From Spirosoma sp. (GTDB lineage: Bacteria > Bacteroidota > Bacteroidia > Cytophagales > Spirosomataceae), in NCBI GenBank assembly GCA_964263725.1, contig CAXVWN010000104.1:766-64765 (forward strand): a stretch of 64,000 nucleotides of DNA. The letters are read 5' to 3'. Each line of letters begins with the position of its first letter. The stretch's first letter is position 1. The translations under genes were made by a program, and so were the position numbers. Below are positions 19,183 through 28,891 of this stretch, piece after piece. Below the pieces are notes generated by a model. The model saw only the letters and a list, made by a program, of their open reading frames with translations, was not told where the DNA came from and did no database searches.

Positions 19183-20145
19183 ATGGCCCTATTTGGTTTA
19201 TTCTCAAAAGAAAAAAAAGAAACGCTCGACAAAGGTTTAGAGAAGACAAAAGATAGTTTTTTTTCTAAGCTTGGCCGGGCAGTTGTTGGAAAGTCAACCG
19301 TTGACGAAGACGTGCTGGATGAGGTTGAAAACGTACTTATTTCTTCAGACGTAGGAGTTGAAACGACAGTCAAAATCATTCGTCGAATTGAAGAACGCGT
19401 TGCCCGCGATAAATACGTTGGGACGGACCAACTAGACCGCATTCTACGTGAAGAAATTGCAGCTTTACTGTCTGATAATAATACGGTTGATGTCGCCGAC
19501 GATTTTTCTTTACCTATGGGCAAAAAACCCTATGTAATTATGGTTGTGGGTGTTAACGGCGTTGGTAAGACAACGACCATTGGCAAGCTGGCTGCGCAAT
19601 TTCACAAACGGGGTAAAAAAGTGGTGTTAGGTGCGGGTGATACATTCCGGGCTGCTGCCGTTGACCAGCTTAAACTCTGGGGCGATCGCGTAGGTGTTCC
19701 CGTTGTTTCGCACGGCATGAATACTGACCCCTCGGCTGTTGCCTTTGATGCCGTAAAAAAAGCTACTGAAATTGGTGCCGACGTCGTTATTATTGACACC
19801 GCCGGCCGATTGCATACGAAGGTTAACTTGATGAATGAGTTGACAAAAATTAAGCGCGTGATGCAAAAATTTACGCCTGATGCACCCCATGAAGTACTTT
19901 TAGTACTCGATGGATCGACTGGGCAGAACGCGTTCATTCAGGCGACCGAGTTCACCAAAGCAACGGAGGTTACAGCTTTGGCCATTACGAAACTCGATGG
20001 CACCGCAAAAGGTGGAGTCGTCATTGGCATATCGGATCAGTTTAAGATTCCGGTCAAATACATTGGCGTGGGTGAAAAGATAGATGACTTGCAGACCTTC
20101 AATAAAATGGAGTTCGTGGATTCGTTTTTCAAAAATAATGGTTAA
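19183..20145 (+). CDS. ftsY: SRP receptor FtsY
   Basis: GVNGVGKTTTIGKLA, DTFRAAA, DTAGR, TKLDGTAKGG. Confidence 0.98.
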   Translation: MALFGLFSKEKKETLDKGLEKTKDSFFSKLGRAVVGKSTVDEDVLDEVENVLISSDVGVETTVKIIRRIEERVARDKYVGTDQLDRILREEIAALLSDNNTVDVADDFSLPMGKKPYVIMVVGVNGVGKTTTIGKLAAQFHKRGKKVVLGAGDTFRAAAVDQLKLWGDRVGVPVVSHGMNTDPSAVAFDAVKKATEIGADVVIIDTAGRLHTKVNLMNELTKIKRVMQKFTPDAPHEVLLVLDGSTGQNAFIQATEFTKATEVTALAITKLDGTAKGGVVIGISDQFKIPVKYIGVGEKIDDLQTFNKMEFVDSFFKNNG

Positions 20146-20623
20146 GACGTTCATTTATCTGTCGCTACTGATATTCAGTTTATCACTGACTACCTGCGCT
20201 CAAAAGCACACCGCCCGAAAATCAGCAAAGACCGTCGTTAAGCAGGGTATTTGTGGAATTGTCGTTGTAAAACGTGGCAACTATATGCCCAGCCCTGGTT
20301 CTTCCCGGCCTAATCCTGATGGTACACCCAGTGAGCGTGAAGTTCTGTTTTTCCCACTCCTGAACATGAGTCAGGTGGAAACCGGTGAAAATGGTTTCAT
20401 AAATTCTGTTGGGGAAGCTAAACCCATTCAAACTGTTAAATCTGGTAAGGATGGTAAGTTTTGCGTGAGCCTGCCGGTTGGTCAATACTCGGTGCTGGTT
20501 CGCGAACCGAAAGGTTTATATGCAAATTTGTCAGATACACATAATAATATTTTTCCAGTCAGCGTACAAAGAAACCACACGATTACCGTAACGGTGGCGA
20601 TTACGCATCAGGCTGTATTTTAA
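20138..20623 (+). CDS. Exported protein with carboxypeptidase-regulatory-like beta domain
   Basis: Signal peptide; GNYMPSP; SGKDGKFCVSLPVGQYSVLV. Overlaps the ftsY stop. Confidence 0.65.
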   Translation: MVKTFIYLSLLIFSLSLTTCAQKHTARKSAKTVVKQGICGIVVVKRGNYMPSPGSSRPNPDGTPSEREVLFFPLLNMSQVETGENGFINSVGEAKPIQTVKSGKDGKFCVSLPVGQYSVLVREPKGLYANLSDTHNNIFPVSVQRNHTITVTVAITHQAVF

Positions 20624-20700
20624 TTAAGGCGGACCGTCCGCCATGGCGGTTTACGTCCGCTATTTTGCTATTCGAAGCAGGCTACTGTCTGCGTACTTGT

Positions 20701-22014
20701 ATGAAAACCAAAGGAATACGTACCAATAAAATTAACATCGTCACGCTCGGTTGCTCAAAGAACCTTGTGGATTCGGAAGTGCTATTTACGCAACTAAGGG
20801 GCAACGGCATGAACGTGACGCACGAATCGAAAAAAGACGACGCTAACATTGTTGTCATCAATACGTGTGGCTTCATTGATAATGCCAAGGAAGAATCCAT
20901 CAATACCATTTTGCGCTATGTAGACGCCAAAGAAGCGGGTATAGTGGATAAAGTTTATGTAACAGGTTGCCTTTCGCACCGATATAAAGACGAACTCGAA
21001 ATCGAGATGCCAACCGTCGATGCCTGGTTTGGCACCAACGAACTTCCCCGAATGCTGAAAACACTTCGGGCTGATTATAAGCACGAACTTGTTGGTGAAC
21101 GGTTGCTGACAACGCCAACTCATTACGCATACCTTAAAATTGCGGAAGGCTGCGACCGCCCCTGCTCGTTCTGTGCTATCCCATTGATGCGCGGTGGCCA
21201 CGTATCGCGCCCGATAGAGGAATTATTAACCGAAGCGCGTTCGCTGGCACGCCGAGGCACGAAAGAACTGATTCTGATTGCCCAAGATTTGACCTATTAT
21301 GGGCTCGACATTTATAAAAAACGCAACCTTGCCGACCTTATTGACCAATTGGCCGACGTAGAAGGTATTGATTGGATTCGGTTGCAGTACGCTTATCCTT
21401 CGGGCTTTCCGCTGGAAGTTTTGGACGTAATGCGCGACCGGCCAAACGTTTGCAACTACCTGGATATGCCGTTGCAAACCGGCTCAACTGAATTGCTGAA
21501 GCTCATGCGTCGGGGAATTACGCGCGAGAAAACCGAAAATTTGATTCAAACCATTCGGGAACGCGTGCCGGGCATTACACTACGGACAACGCTGATTGCA
21601 GGTCACCCCGGCGAAACGGAAGCTATGTTTCAGGAAACGTATGATTTTGTTGAGCGGATGCGTTTCGATCGGTTAGGTGTGTTTGCCTATTCGCACGAAG
21701 ATGATACGCACTCATTTTCCATGCCCGACGATGTTCCGGCCGATATAAAGCAGGAACGTGCCGATGAATTAATGGAAGTTCAGCAAGGGATCTCGCAGGA
21801 ATTGAATCAGGCGAAAATTGGCCAGACGTATAAGGTTTTGTTTGATCGGAAAGAGGGCGGTTATTTTATCGGTCGCACCGAGGCTGATTCGCCAGAAGTG
21901 GACAATGAAGTATTGGTTCCGGCAACCCAGTATGTGCGACTGGGCGACTTTGCCAATGTCCGCATAGACAAGGCCGAGGAGTTTGATTTGTACGGAGAAG
22001 TTGTAAGTGTATAG
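20701..22014 (+). CDS. rimO: Ribosomal protein S12 methylthiotransferase
   Basis: TLGCSKNLVDSE, NTCGFI, radical-SAM CDRPCSFC, DSPEVDN (TRAM domain). Confidence 0.96.
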   Translation: MKTKGIRTNKINIVTLGCSKNLVDSEVLFTQLRGNGMNVTHESKKDDANIVVINTCGFIDNAKEESINTILRYVDAKEAGIVDKVYVTGCLSHRYKDELEIEMPTVDAWFGTNELPRMLKTLRADYKHELVGERLLTTPTHYAYLKIAEGCDRPCSFCAIPLMRGGHVSRPIEELLTEARSLARRGTKELILIAQDLTYYGLDIYKKRNLADLIDQLADVEGIDWIRLQYAYPSGFPLEVLDVMRDRPNVCNYLDMPLQTGSTELLKLMRRGITREKTENLIQTIRERVPGITLRTTLIAGHPGETEAMFQETYDFVERMRFDRLGVFAYSHEDDTHSFSMPDDVPADIKQERADELMEVQQGISQELNQAKIGQTYKVLFDRKEGGYFIGRTEADSPEVDNEVLVPATQYVRLGDFANVRIDKAEEFDLYGEVVSV

Positions 22015-22073
22015 GATATCATCAGCTCCTTATTTGATAATAGAGGTGTGCATCAACATAAATAGTGCCTCGA

Positions 22074-22136
22074 AACCGTTAGAACGGTTCACTTTATTGA
22101 CCCTAATTTATTAGCCCACGACTTAAGTCGTGGGCT
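22074..22136. repeat. REP-like palindromic element
   Basis: Hairpin aaccgtt-ag-aacggtt (22074-22089) plus perfect 24-bp palindrome agcccacgacttaagtcgtgggct (22113-22136). Confidence 0.65.
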
Positions 22137-22207
22137 GAATGAAACACGGTCGAACCTTGCGGGTTTTTTCGTTGTTAAAATCCGGTAAACGCAACCCCGC
22201 CTACCGC

Positions 22208-23755
22208 ATGAACTGTCAGTACCTGCCGCTTACCTCAACCGGCCAGTTTTCTCCTCTTTTCCTCGATTACATTACGAATAAAGATAGTTTAAAACCCTTT
22301 TACAGCCGTTTTCCTGATAAGGTGGCCTTTGAGGGGCAAATAAAAGACAAAGTATTCGACGAATCAAAACGGCGGATTTTAGTCGACGCCCTTGAGCAGC
22401 AATACCAGCACATCAGCACAAAGCCCGACTTTTCGGTGCTGCTTCAGCCTAATACATTTACAGTTGCGACGGGCCACCAACTCAATATTTTTACGGGTCC
22501 GCTTTACATCATCTACAAACTCATCACGACGATTAATCTGGCCAAGCAATTAAAAGAAGCTTACCCCAGCTATAATTTCGTGCCGATATACTGGATGGCG
22601 ACTGAAGACCACGATTTTGCCGAAATCAACCATTTTTCTTTATTAGGTCGAAATTATGCCTGGCAAACGGCCCAACGTGGTGCCGTTGGCCGCATGAATC
22701 CACAAGAGTTAAAGACCGTTTTTTCCCAGATTCCAGAAAAATTGTCTTTATTTGAGGACGCCTATCTGAAACACAATACTCTTGCCAATGCTGCCCGCCA
22801 TTATGTTAATGAACTGTTTGGCGCTGAAGGATTAGTTTGTTTAGACGCTGACGATGCGGCATTGAAACGTGTTTTCGCTCCCGTCATGCACGATGAGTTG
22901 ACACAGCAGAAATCGGGTGAGTTAGTCCATAAGCAGACTGAACTGTTGGAAACGTTAGGCTATAAAACTGTCATAACTCCACGCGATATCAACCTATTTT
23001 ATCTTGATGATCAACTTCGTGAACGAATTGAGCGTACTGAAGACGGTACCTATCGGGTGTTGCACACCAAACTAAAATTTTCGGAGAGCGAGGTGGTGAG
23101 TTTGCTTAATGAACATCCTGAACGATTCAGCCCGAATGTAGTGCTGCGACCGTTGTATCAGGAAACTATCCTGCCTAATCTGGCTTACATCGGCGGGCCG
23201 TCAGAAGTGCCCTACTGGTTACAATTAAAAAGTGTATTTGAGCATTATCAAACGCCGTTCCCGATTCTGATGCCCCGCAACTTTGCGATGTATGTACCCG
23301 CCGTAAGTGCGAAACGAATTTGCAAACTCGGTCTTACACCAGAAGAATTATTTCAGGATACGCTTAAGCTCAAGCGTGAGTATGTCGATACACACAGTCG
23401 CCATACGCTCAAGTTTGATAACGAGAACAAAACCGTTCATAAAGCACTGGACGCCATTCTGCACAAAGCACAGATGGTTGACCCAACGCTCGAAAAAGCG
23501 GTTTTGGCCGAAACAAAGCGGTTTGCTAATGCCGTTGCCCGACTCGAGAAGAAAATGCGACGTGCCGAAGAGCGCAATCAGGAAACAGGTGTCCGGCAAT
23601 TGCTGGCAGTGAAAAATGAGCTTTTCCCTAACGGCGGCTTGCAGGAACGAAGTGAAAATTTCCTGTCGTTTTATCTGAACGACAAAACGTTTCTGCAAAA
23701 AATGATGTCAGTATTCGATCCGTTCGATTACCGGATGCAACTTTGTCTGGAGTAA
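22208..23755 (+). CDS. bshC: Bacillithiol biosynthesis cysteine-adding enzyme
   Basis: TGHQLNIFTGPLY, YWMATEDHDFAEIN, FSPNVVLRPLYQE, YIGGP.E, LFPNGGLQER. Confidence 0.94.
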   Translation: MNCQYLPLTSTGQFSPLFLDYITNKDSLKPFYSRFPDKVAFEGQIKDKVFDESKRRILVDALEQQYQHISTKPDFSVLLQPNTFTVATGHQLNIFTGPLYIIYKLITTINLAKQLKEAYPSYNFVPIYWMATEDHDFAEINHFSLLGRNYAWQTAQRGAVGRMNPQELKTVFSQIPEKLSLFEDAYLKHNTLANAARHYVNELFGAEGLVCLDADDAALKRVFAPVMHDELTQQKSGELVHKQTELLETLGYKTVITPRDINLFYLDDQLRERIERTEDGTYRVLHTKLKFSESEVVSLLNEHPERFSPNVVLRPLYQETILPNLAYIGGPSEVPYWLQLKSVFEHYQTPFPILMPRNFAMYVPAVSAKRICKLGLTPEELFQDTLKLKREYVDTHSRHTLKFDNENKTVHKALDAILHKAQMVDPTLEKAVLAETKRFANAVARLEKKMRRAEERNQETGVRQLLAVKNELFPNGGLQERSENFLSFYLNDKTFLQKMMSVFDPFDYRMQLCLE

Positions 23756-23788
23756 AGTTGATACACCAGGCTGGCCGGGAGCATATGT

Positions 23789-24382
23789 ATGACAAAAGTT
23801 GAGCTACGCCAGGAATTTCTTACTGAACGTAAAGCCCTGACTGCCGATGAAGTCAGCCGCCGGAGTCTGTTGATTGCAGAACTGTTTTTCAACTTTTTGG
23901 CAAAAAATAAACTAGCCAGCGAGCCGGGTATTCTTCACACATTTCTACCAATTCAGCGAAAGAACGAAGTTGATACATGGCCAATTATTCGTCATGTATG
24001 GGCGGCTTTCAAGCATATTCAAGTTGCTGCATCAGTCACCGATATTGCTCAGGGAACGCTAAGTCATTATTTAATTTCGCCCGAAATCCCGCTCGTAGAA
24101 AATCGCTGGGGCATCCCGGAACCGCCAACTCAGGGCAACCAACCCTTCTTTCCCATTGATTTCCACATCGTTCTTGTTCCCTTACTTGTCTTTAATCAGC
24201 AAGGCCATCGTGTTGGTTATGGTGGCGGGTATTACGACCGTTTTCTGGCCGATTGCCGACCAGATTGCCTGAAAATTGGCTTATCGCTATTTGAACCAGT
24301 TAAGCAAATTGACGATGTGGAAGAGACCGATATGGCATTGGACGTTTGCCTAACACCAAAACAAATTTATATCTTCAATTAA
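23789..24382 (+). CDS. 5-formyltetrahydrofolate cyclo-ligase
   Basis: K.ELRQ, NRWGIPEP, LVPLLVF...GHRVGYGGGYYDRFL. Confidence 0.93.
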   Translation: MTKVELRQEFLTERKALTADEVSRRSLLIAELFFNFLAKNKLASEPGILHTFLPIQRKNEVDTWPIIRHVWAAFKHIQVAASVTDIAQGTLSHYLISPEIPLVENRWGIPEPPTQGNQPFFPIDFHIVLVPLLVFNQQGHRVGYGGGYYDRFLADCRPDCLKIGLSLFEPVKQIDDVEETDMALDVCLTPKQIYIFN

Positions 24383-24464
24383 GAATACTTAATCAACGTT
24401 TATTCACTTTTTAATCTGTATTTTCACAGTAGTTGTTAACTTTCTTCAAAATCTACCAACTACT

Positions 24465-25163
24465 ATGAAAAGCCTTCTGCTGTTACTTCTACTAGTATGC
24501 CCATTCGGACTATGGGCACAGACAGATTCTCTATCCCCCTCTTTATTACCGTATCGTCAGGAGAATCTCAAGCCTATTGAAAGTGATTTGTTGCCAGCCT
24601 ATAATGGCCGTTATGGCAGAAGTGTGCGGACCCAATATACGTATGACGGTCTTGATGTTCGGCGAGCGAAAGATTTAGGACCCTATATTATGGCTTCGGG
24701 TAATCCAGAAGCCATCCATGAGTTTAATGCCTACATTAACAGCCGAAAAGCCGGAGCCTGGCTCATTGCGGGTGGGCTTACGTCAATGATTGTTGGCGGA
24801 ATAATTATGGGATCGAACGGGCCGGGGGCCGATGGAAAATTTACAATTCAACAGCCTTATGTTTGCCCAACGGGTTATGCCTGTGGTGGATCTTCCGGTA
24901 GCATGGTGTATGGTGGACAAATCGCTGGTTATCAAACCGGTATTGACACTCAGCGACAAAATACTTACGCGGCAGGAGGGCTTACTCTGTTGACTGGAGC
25001 AATTATGGTAGGGATCGGCTGGGGATTAAATATGCCCGGTCAGCATGTACGACGTTCGGTGCAATATTATAACAGAGCGTTGAAGCAACGCGGTATATCG
25101 TGGCAGCTAACGCCCTATTCGTCCTTATCTAATTCGGGGCTTGGTTTACATGGCCGTTTCTAA
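24465..25163 (+). CDS. Hypothetical exported/membrane protein
   Basis: Signal peptide, two Gly-rich hydrophobic segments, C-terminal GLGLHGRF. Confidence 0.65.
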   Translation: MKSLLLLLLLVCPFGLWAQTDSLSPSLLPYRQENLKPIESDLLPAYNGRYGRSVRTQYTYDGLDVRRAKDLGPYIMASGNPEAIHEFNAYINSRKAGAWLIAGGLTSMIVGGIIMGSNGPGADGKFTIQQPYVCPTGYACGGSSGSMVYGGQIAGYQTGIDTQRQNTYAAGGLTLLTGAIMVGIGWGLNMPGQHVRRSVQYYNRALKQRGISWQLTPYSSLSNSGLGLHGRF

Positions 25164-25301
25164 CTTTTTTAGACTATATTTCCTGTGCGTCAAAGTTTTG
25201 CCGTATTTTTGCACTCCAAATTGTATGGCGGACAAGGACCCGCTTTTTATTAATCACTTAAACGCGGATTTCCACGGCATTGCCCGTTCCGCATTACTAA
25301 A

Positions 25302-26315
25302 ATGAAAATCGCAGTCGTTGGGGCTACTGGCTTAGTCGGTAGTGAAATCCTGAAGGTTCTGGCAGAACGTAACTTCCCCGTATCTGAACTCATCCCCGTT
25401 GCTTCCGAGCGGTCGGTTGGTAAACAGGTTGAGTTTAAGGGTAAAGCCTACACAATTGTTAGCTTCGAGGATGCCATTGCTGCCAAACCCGCCATTGCGA
25501 TTTTTTCGGCTGGTGGTGGTACATCGCTTGCGTTAGCGCCAAAATTTGCCGAAGCCGGTATCATTGTTGTGGATAACTCGTCGGCCTGGCGTATGGACCC
25601 AACCAAAAAACTGGTCGTGCCCGAAGTAAACGCCGATGTGCTAACGGCTGACGATAAAATTATCGCCAACCCGAATTGCTCAACTATTCAGATGGTCGTT
25701 GCGTTAAAACCGCTTCATGACCGGTATAAAATCAAACGTGTTGTCGTGTCAACGTATCAGTCTGTAACCGGAACAGGTAAAGCGGCTGTCGATCAGCTTT
25801 TTGCAGAACGAGCTGGCAAACAAGGTGTTGAGAAAGTATATCCGCATCCAATCGACCTTAACGTATTGCCCCACATCGACGTTTTCCTCGACAACGGTTA
25901 TACCAAAGAAGAGATGAAAATGGTCAACGAAACCAAAAAAATCATGGGCGATGACTCGATTCAGGTTACGGCCACAACGGTTCGTATTCCAACAATCGGT
26001 GGTCACTCCGAAGCGGTAAACGTTGAGTTTGAAAACGAGTTTGACCTAAGTGAGGTGGTTGATATCTTGACCAACGCCGAAGGCATTATCGTACAGGACG
26101 ATCCGGCTAATAAAATTTATCCAATGCCCTTGACGGCCCACGGTAAAGACGAAGTATTTGTTGGTCGTATCCGACGCGACGAGAGCCAGCCCAAAACATT
26201 GAACATGTGGATCGTGGCTGACAATCTCCGCAAAGGAGCCGCAACCAACGCGGTGCAAATCGCAGAGTATTTGATGAAACACAATTTAGTGGAAAGCGAA
26301 GAAGTGCTTGCGTAA
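25302..26315 (+). CDS. asd: Aspartate-semialdehyde dehydrogenase
   Basis: GATGLVG, DNSSAWRM, IIANPNCSTIQM, STYQSVTG, DNLRKGAATNAVQI. Confidence 0.97.
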   Translation: MKIAVVGATGLVGSEILKVLAERNFPVSELIPVASERSVGKQVEFKGKAYTIVSFEDAIAAKPAIAIFSAGGGTSLALAPKFAEAGIIVVDNSSAWRMDPTKKLVVPEVNADVLTADDKIIANPNCSTIQMVVALKPLHDRYKIKRVVVSTYQSVTGTGKAAVDQLFAERAGKQGVEKVYPHPIDLNVLPHIDVFLDNGYTKEEMKMVNETKKIMGDDSIQVTATTVRIPTIGGHSEAVNVEFENEFDLSEVVDILTNAEGIIVQDDPANKIYPMPLTAHGKDEVFVGRIRRDESQPKTLNMWIVADNLRKGAATNAVQIAEYLMKHNLVESEEVLA

Positions 26316-26337
26316 CCATTCTTCCTGTCTGCTTACC

Positions 26338-26375
26338 AAAAGTCCCGTTTAGCTTGTTGCTGAGCGGGACTTTTT
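26338..26375 (+). terminator. Intrinsic terminator after asd
   Basis: aaaagtcccg...cgggactttt stem with T tract. Confidence 0.8.
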
Positions 26376-26409
26376 ACGTAAATTTAATCACAACCGAACC
26401 ACCTGATTA

Positions 26410-27186
26410 ATGAACCCGCCCCCTGTTATCCAACTCCAGACTGTTTACAAATCGTACGGGTCAACGCCCGTCTTAAAGGGCATCGATCTGAGCGTTTCAT
26501 CCGGCCAGATCGTGGGTTATATTGGCCCAAATGGAGCAGGCAAATCGACCACAATCAAAATCCTGATTGGTATGCTACCCGATTATACGGGCGAGGCCAC
26601 GGTGTTAGGCATGGACGTAAAAACGCAGTCGCTCGAAATCAAACGTCGAATTGGCTACGTTCCTGAAAATGCGGCTCTGTATGATACACTGACACCGTTG
26701 GAATATCTACAGTTCATTGGACAGCTTTATGAGTTAGATACCGTTCACATTGACCGTAAAGCCCTCGAGCTGCTACGCCTTTTTCAACTTAGCGACCACG
26801 CCAATGCCCGAATGACGACTTTCTCCAAAGGTATGCGTCAGAAGGTTCTTCTCATTTCAGGGTTAATTCATAATCCCGATGTCATTTTTTTGGATGAACC
26901 ATTATCGGGTCTGGATGCCAACGCTGTTGTGCTTGTCAAAGAAATAATGCGGCAGTTAGCCAACAGTGGCAAAACCATTTTCTACAGTTCGCACATCATG
27001 GATGTGGTGGAAAAGATCTCGGACCGCATCATTATTATTAGTCAGGGTCAGATTATTGCCGATGGCACCTTTGCTGAACTACAGCACCAGCGCCCTGAAT
27101 CACTCGAACAACTGTTTGCTCAGCTTACAGGTAGTGATGGACAAACGGGCATAGCTGAAGAGTTTATTCACGCGCTTAAAAACTGA
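26410..27186 (+). CDS. ABC transporter ATP-binding protein
   Basis: GPNGAGKST, FSKGMRQK, FLDEP, SSH. Confidence 0.95.
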   Translation: MNPPPVIQLQTVYKSYGSTPVLKGIDLSVSSGQIVGYIGPNGAGKSTTIKILIGMLPDYTGEATVLGMDVKTQSLEIKRRIGYVPENAALYDTLTPLEYLQFIGQLYELDTVHIDRKALELLRLFQLSDHANARMTTFSKGMRQKVLLISGLIHNPDVIFLDEPLSGLDANAVVLVKEIMRQLANSGKTIFYSSHIMDVVEKISDRIIIISQGQIIADGTFAELQHQRPESLEQLFAQLTGSDGQTGIAEEFIHALKN

Positions 27187-27191
27187 TCGGT

Positions 27192-28862
27192 ATGACAAGC
27201 CTTATTCTATGGCTCCTTGACCGGGTGCAGTCGTTATTTCGACTATTAGGCGCTGATTATGGCCAATTGCGCGCTATTGTGCATGTAAAATTGATTATGG
27301 ATAACCGCCGGAGCGTCGTTAGTTTGGGGCGTTATGGAAAATCATCGGCGGAGAGCAACAGTAACTTTACCCGTATTTTGGGGGTTTACGCGTTCATTGG
27401 TGGGCTGATTAGTTTAGCAATGCTGTTAACTCCAGAGCGAGACAGGCTGTTTTTTCCGCTCACTTTGCAGTTCTCATATATTATGGCGTTATGCGCCATG
27501 ACGCTCATCTCCGATTTCTCATCGGTCATTCTGGATTCTTCCGATAATCAGATTATTTTGCCCCGCCCCGTTAGCAGCCGAACCCTGTGGATGGCTCGCA
27601 TCGTACACATTACCAGCTATTTGTTCGCCATTGCACTGTCTCTATCAGTGGGTGGTATCCTGGTAGTTTCGTATCGATTTGGTCCACTGCCAGGGCTGGC
27701 TTTCTTAGTTATGAGTTTGTTATCAGCGGTGTTAATGGTCTTTCTGACCAATGTATTTTACTTAGTGTTGATGCGTTTTATTAGCGAGGAAAAGCTTCGC
27801 GAGGTAATCAACTATTTCCAGATTGTGATGGCTGTCCTATTCTACGGCGGTTATCAACTTTTACCTCGCCTGATCGACTCTCAAGATATATTAACGCAAG
27901 TTGTCGAGCACAAATGGTGGCATTACCTGATTCCACCGATGTGGATGGCAGGCACAGTCGACACCCTTATTCAACCCATTTTTGACTCAACTCATCTAAT
28001 TTTTGGCGCCTTAGCCCTGTTCATGCCATTTGCTGGCTTGTGGTTTATGAACCGCTTTTTAACGGCGGATTTTACGCAAAAACTAAGTGTTATTGACGCC
28101 GAAAGTCGTCCAGAGTTATCTACCCTGTCGTCACAACAGGCAAAGCTGGGTAAAACAAATTGGCTAGAGCAGTTATCGGTCTGGTTCACAAATAATCCCC
28201 TCGAGCGAGCCGCTTTTGCCTTTACATGGCGCATCACTGGCCGAGATCGTAAATTCAAACTTAAAACCTATCCACAGTTAGGGTTTGGGCTGGCGTATGT
28301 TGTGGCCATGTCTTTCCAGAGCCGAAGTATTGGATCGAGCGGATTTTTTTATCTGTTCGCCCTTTATTTCGCGGGTCTCTACGTCATGGTAGCCCAGTAC
28401 CAACTTAGCATTTCAGACAGTTACCGAGCCTCCTGGGTTTACGGTAGTGCGCCAATTCAAGCCCCCGGCGATGTGCTTGCTGGCTCTTTAAAGGCCTTGA
28501 TAGTTAAACTATTAACACCTTTTTATGTATTGCTGGCGGGTTATATTTTATTCCGTTATGGCATTGACAAAATCAGCGACGTGTTGCTGGCATTCAGCAA
28601 TTCATTGGTAATGCTAATTAGTGCGGCTCTCTTGTCAACACGTTATATGCCATTTTCAATAGCGCCCGATGCGCTCAAACAGAACAATACGGCTCGTGGC
28701 TTACTGGTCAGCATTGTTTTAGCAATTGTTGGCTTTTCACATTTCGGTCTGACATTCATACCATACGGTGTCTGGATAGCCATTCCGGTGTCTGCTATTG
28801 TGTTTTGGGCCTTGCTTCGGCACTATAAAAAGACTGCCTGGGCACAAATTGAAATGATCTAA
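27192..28862 (+). CDS. Putative ABC exporter permease
   Basis: Many TM segments; 5 nt downstream of the ABC ATPase. Confidence 0.75.
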   Translation: MTSLILWLLDRVQSLFRLLGADYGQLRAIVHVKLIMDNRRSVVSLGRYGKSSAESNSNFTRILGVYAFIGGLISLAMLLTPERDRLFFPLTLQFSYIMALCAMTLISDFSSVILDSSDNQIILPRPVSSRTLWMARIVHITSYLFAIALSLSVGGILVVSYRFGPLPGLAFLVMSLLSAVLMVFLTNVFYLVLMRFISEEKLREVINYFQIVMAVLFYGGYQLLPRLIDSQDILTQVVEHKWWHYLIPPMWMAGTVDTLIQPIFDSTHLIFGALALFMPFAGLWFMNRFLTADFTQKLSVIDAESRPELSTLSSQQAKLGKTNWLEQLSVWFTNNPLERAAFAFTWRITGRDRKFKLKTYPQLGFGLAYVVAMSFQSRSIGSSGFFYLFALYFAGLYVMVAQYQLSISDSYRASWVYGSAPIQAPGDVLAGSLKALIVKLLTPFYVLLAGYILFRYGIDKISDVLLAFSNSLVMLISAALLSTRYMPFSIAPDALKQNNTARGLLVSIVLAIVGFSHFGLTFIPYGVWIAIPVSAIVFWALLRHYKKTAWAQIEMI

Positions 28863-28891
28863 AAGCAACTATCACATTGACTTCGTGCTAT

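Noticed and set aside
22208-23755. bshC outside Firmicutes
   Set aside because: Bacillithiol-pathway genes are already known in Bacteroidota and Chlorobi; not novel.
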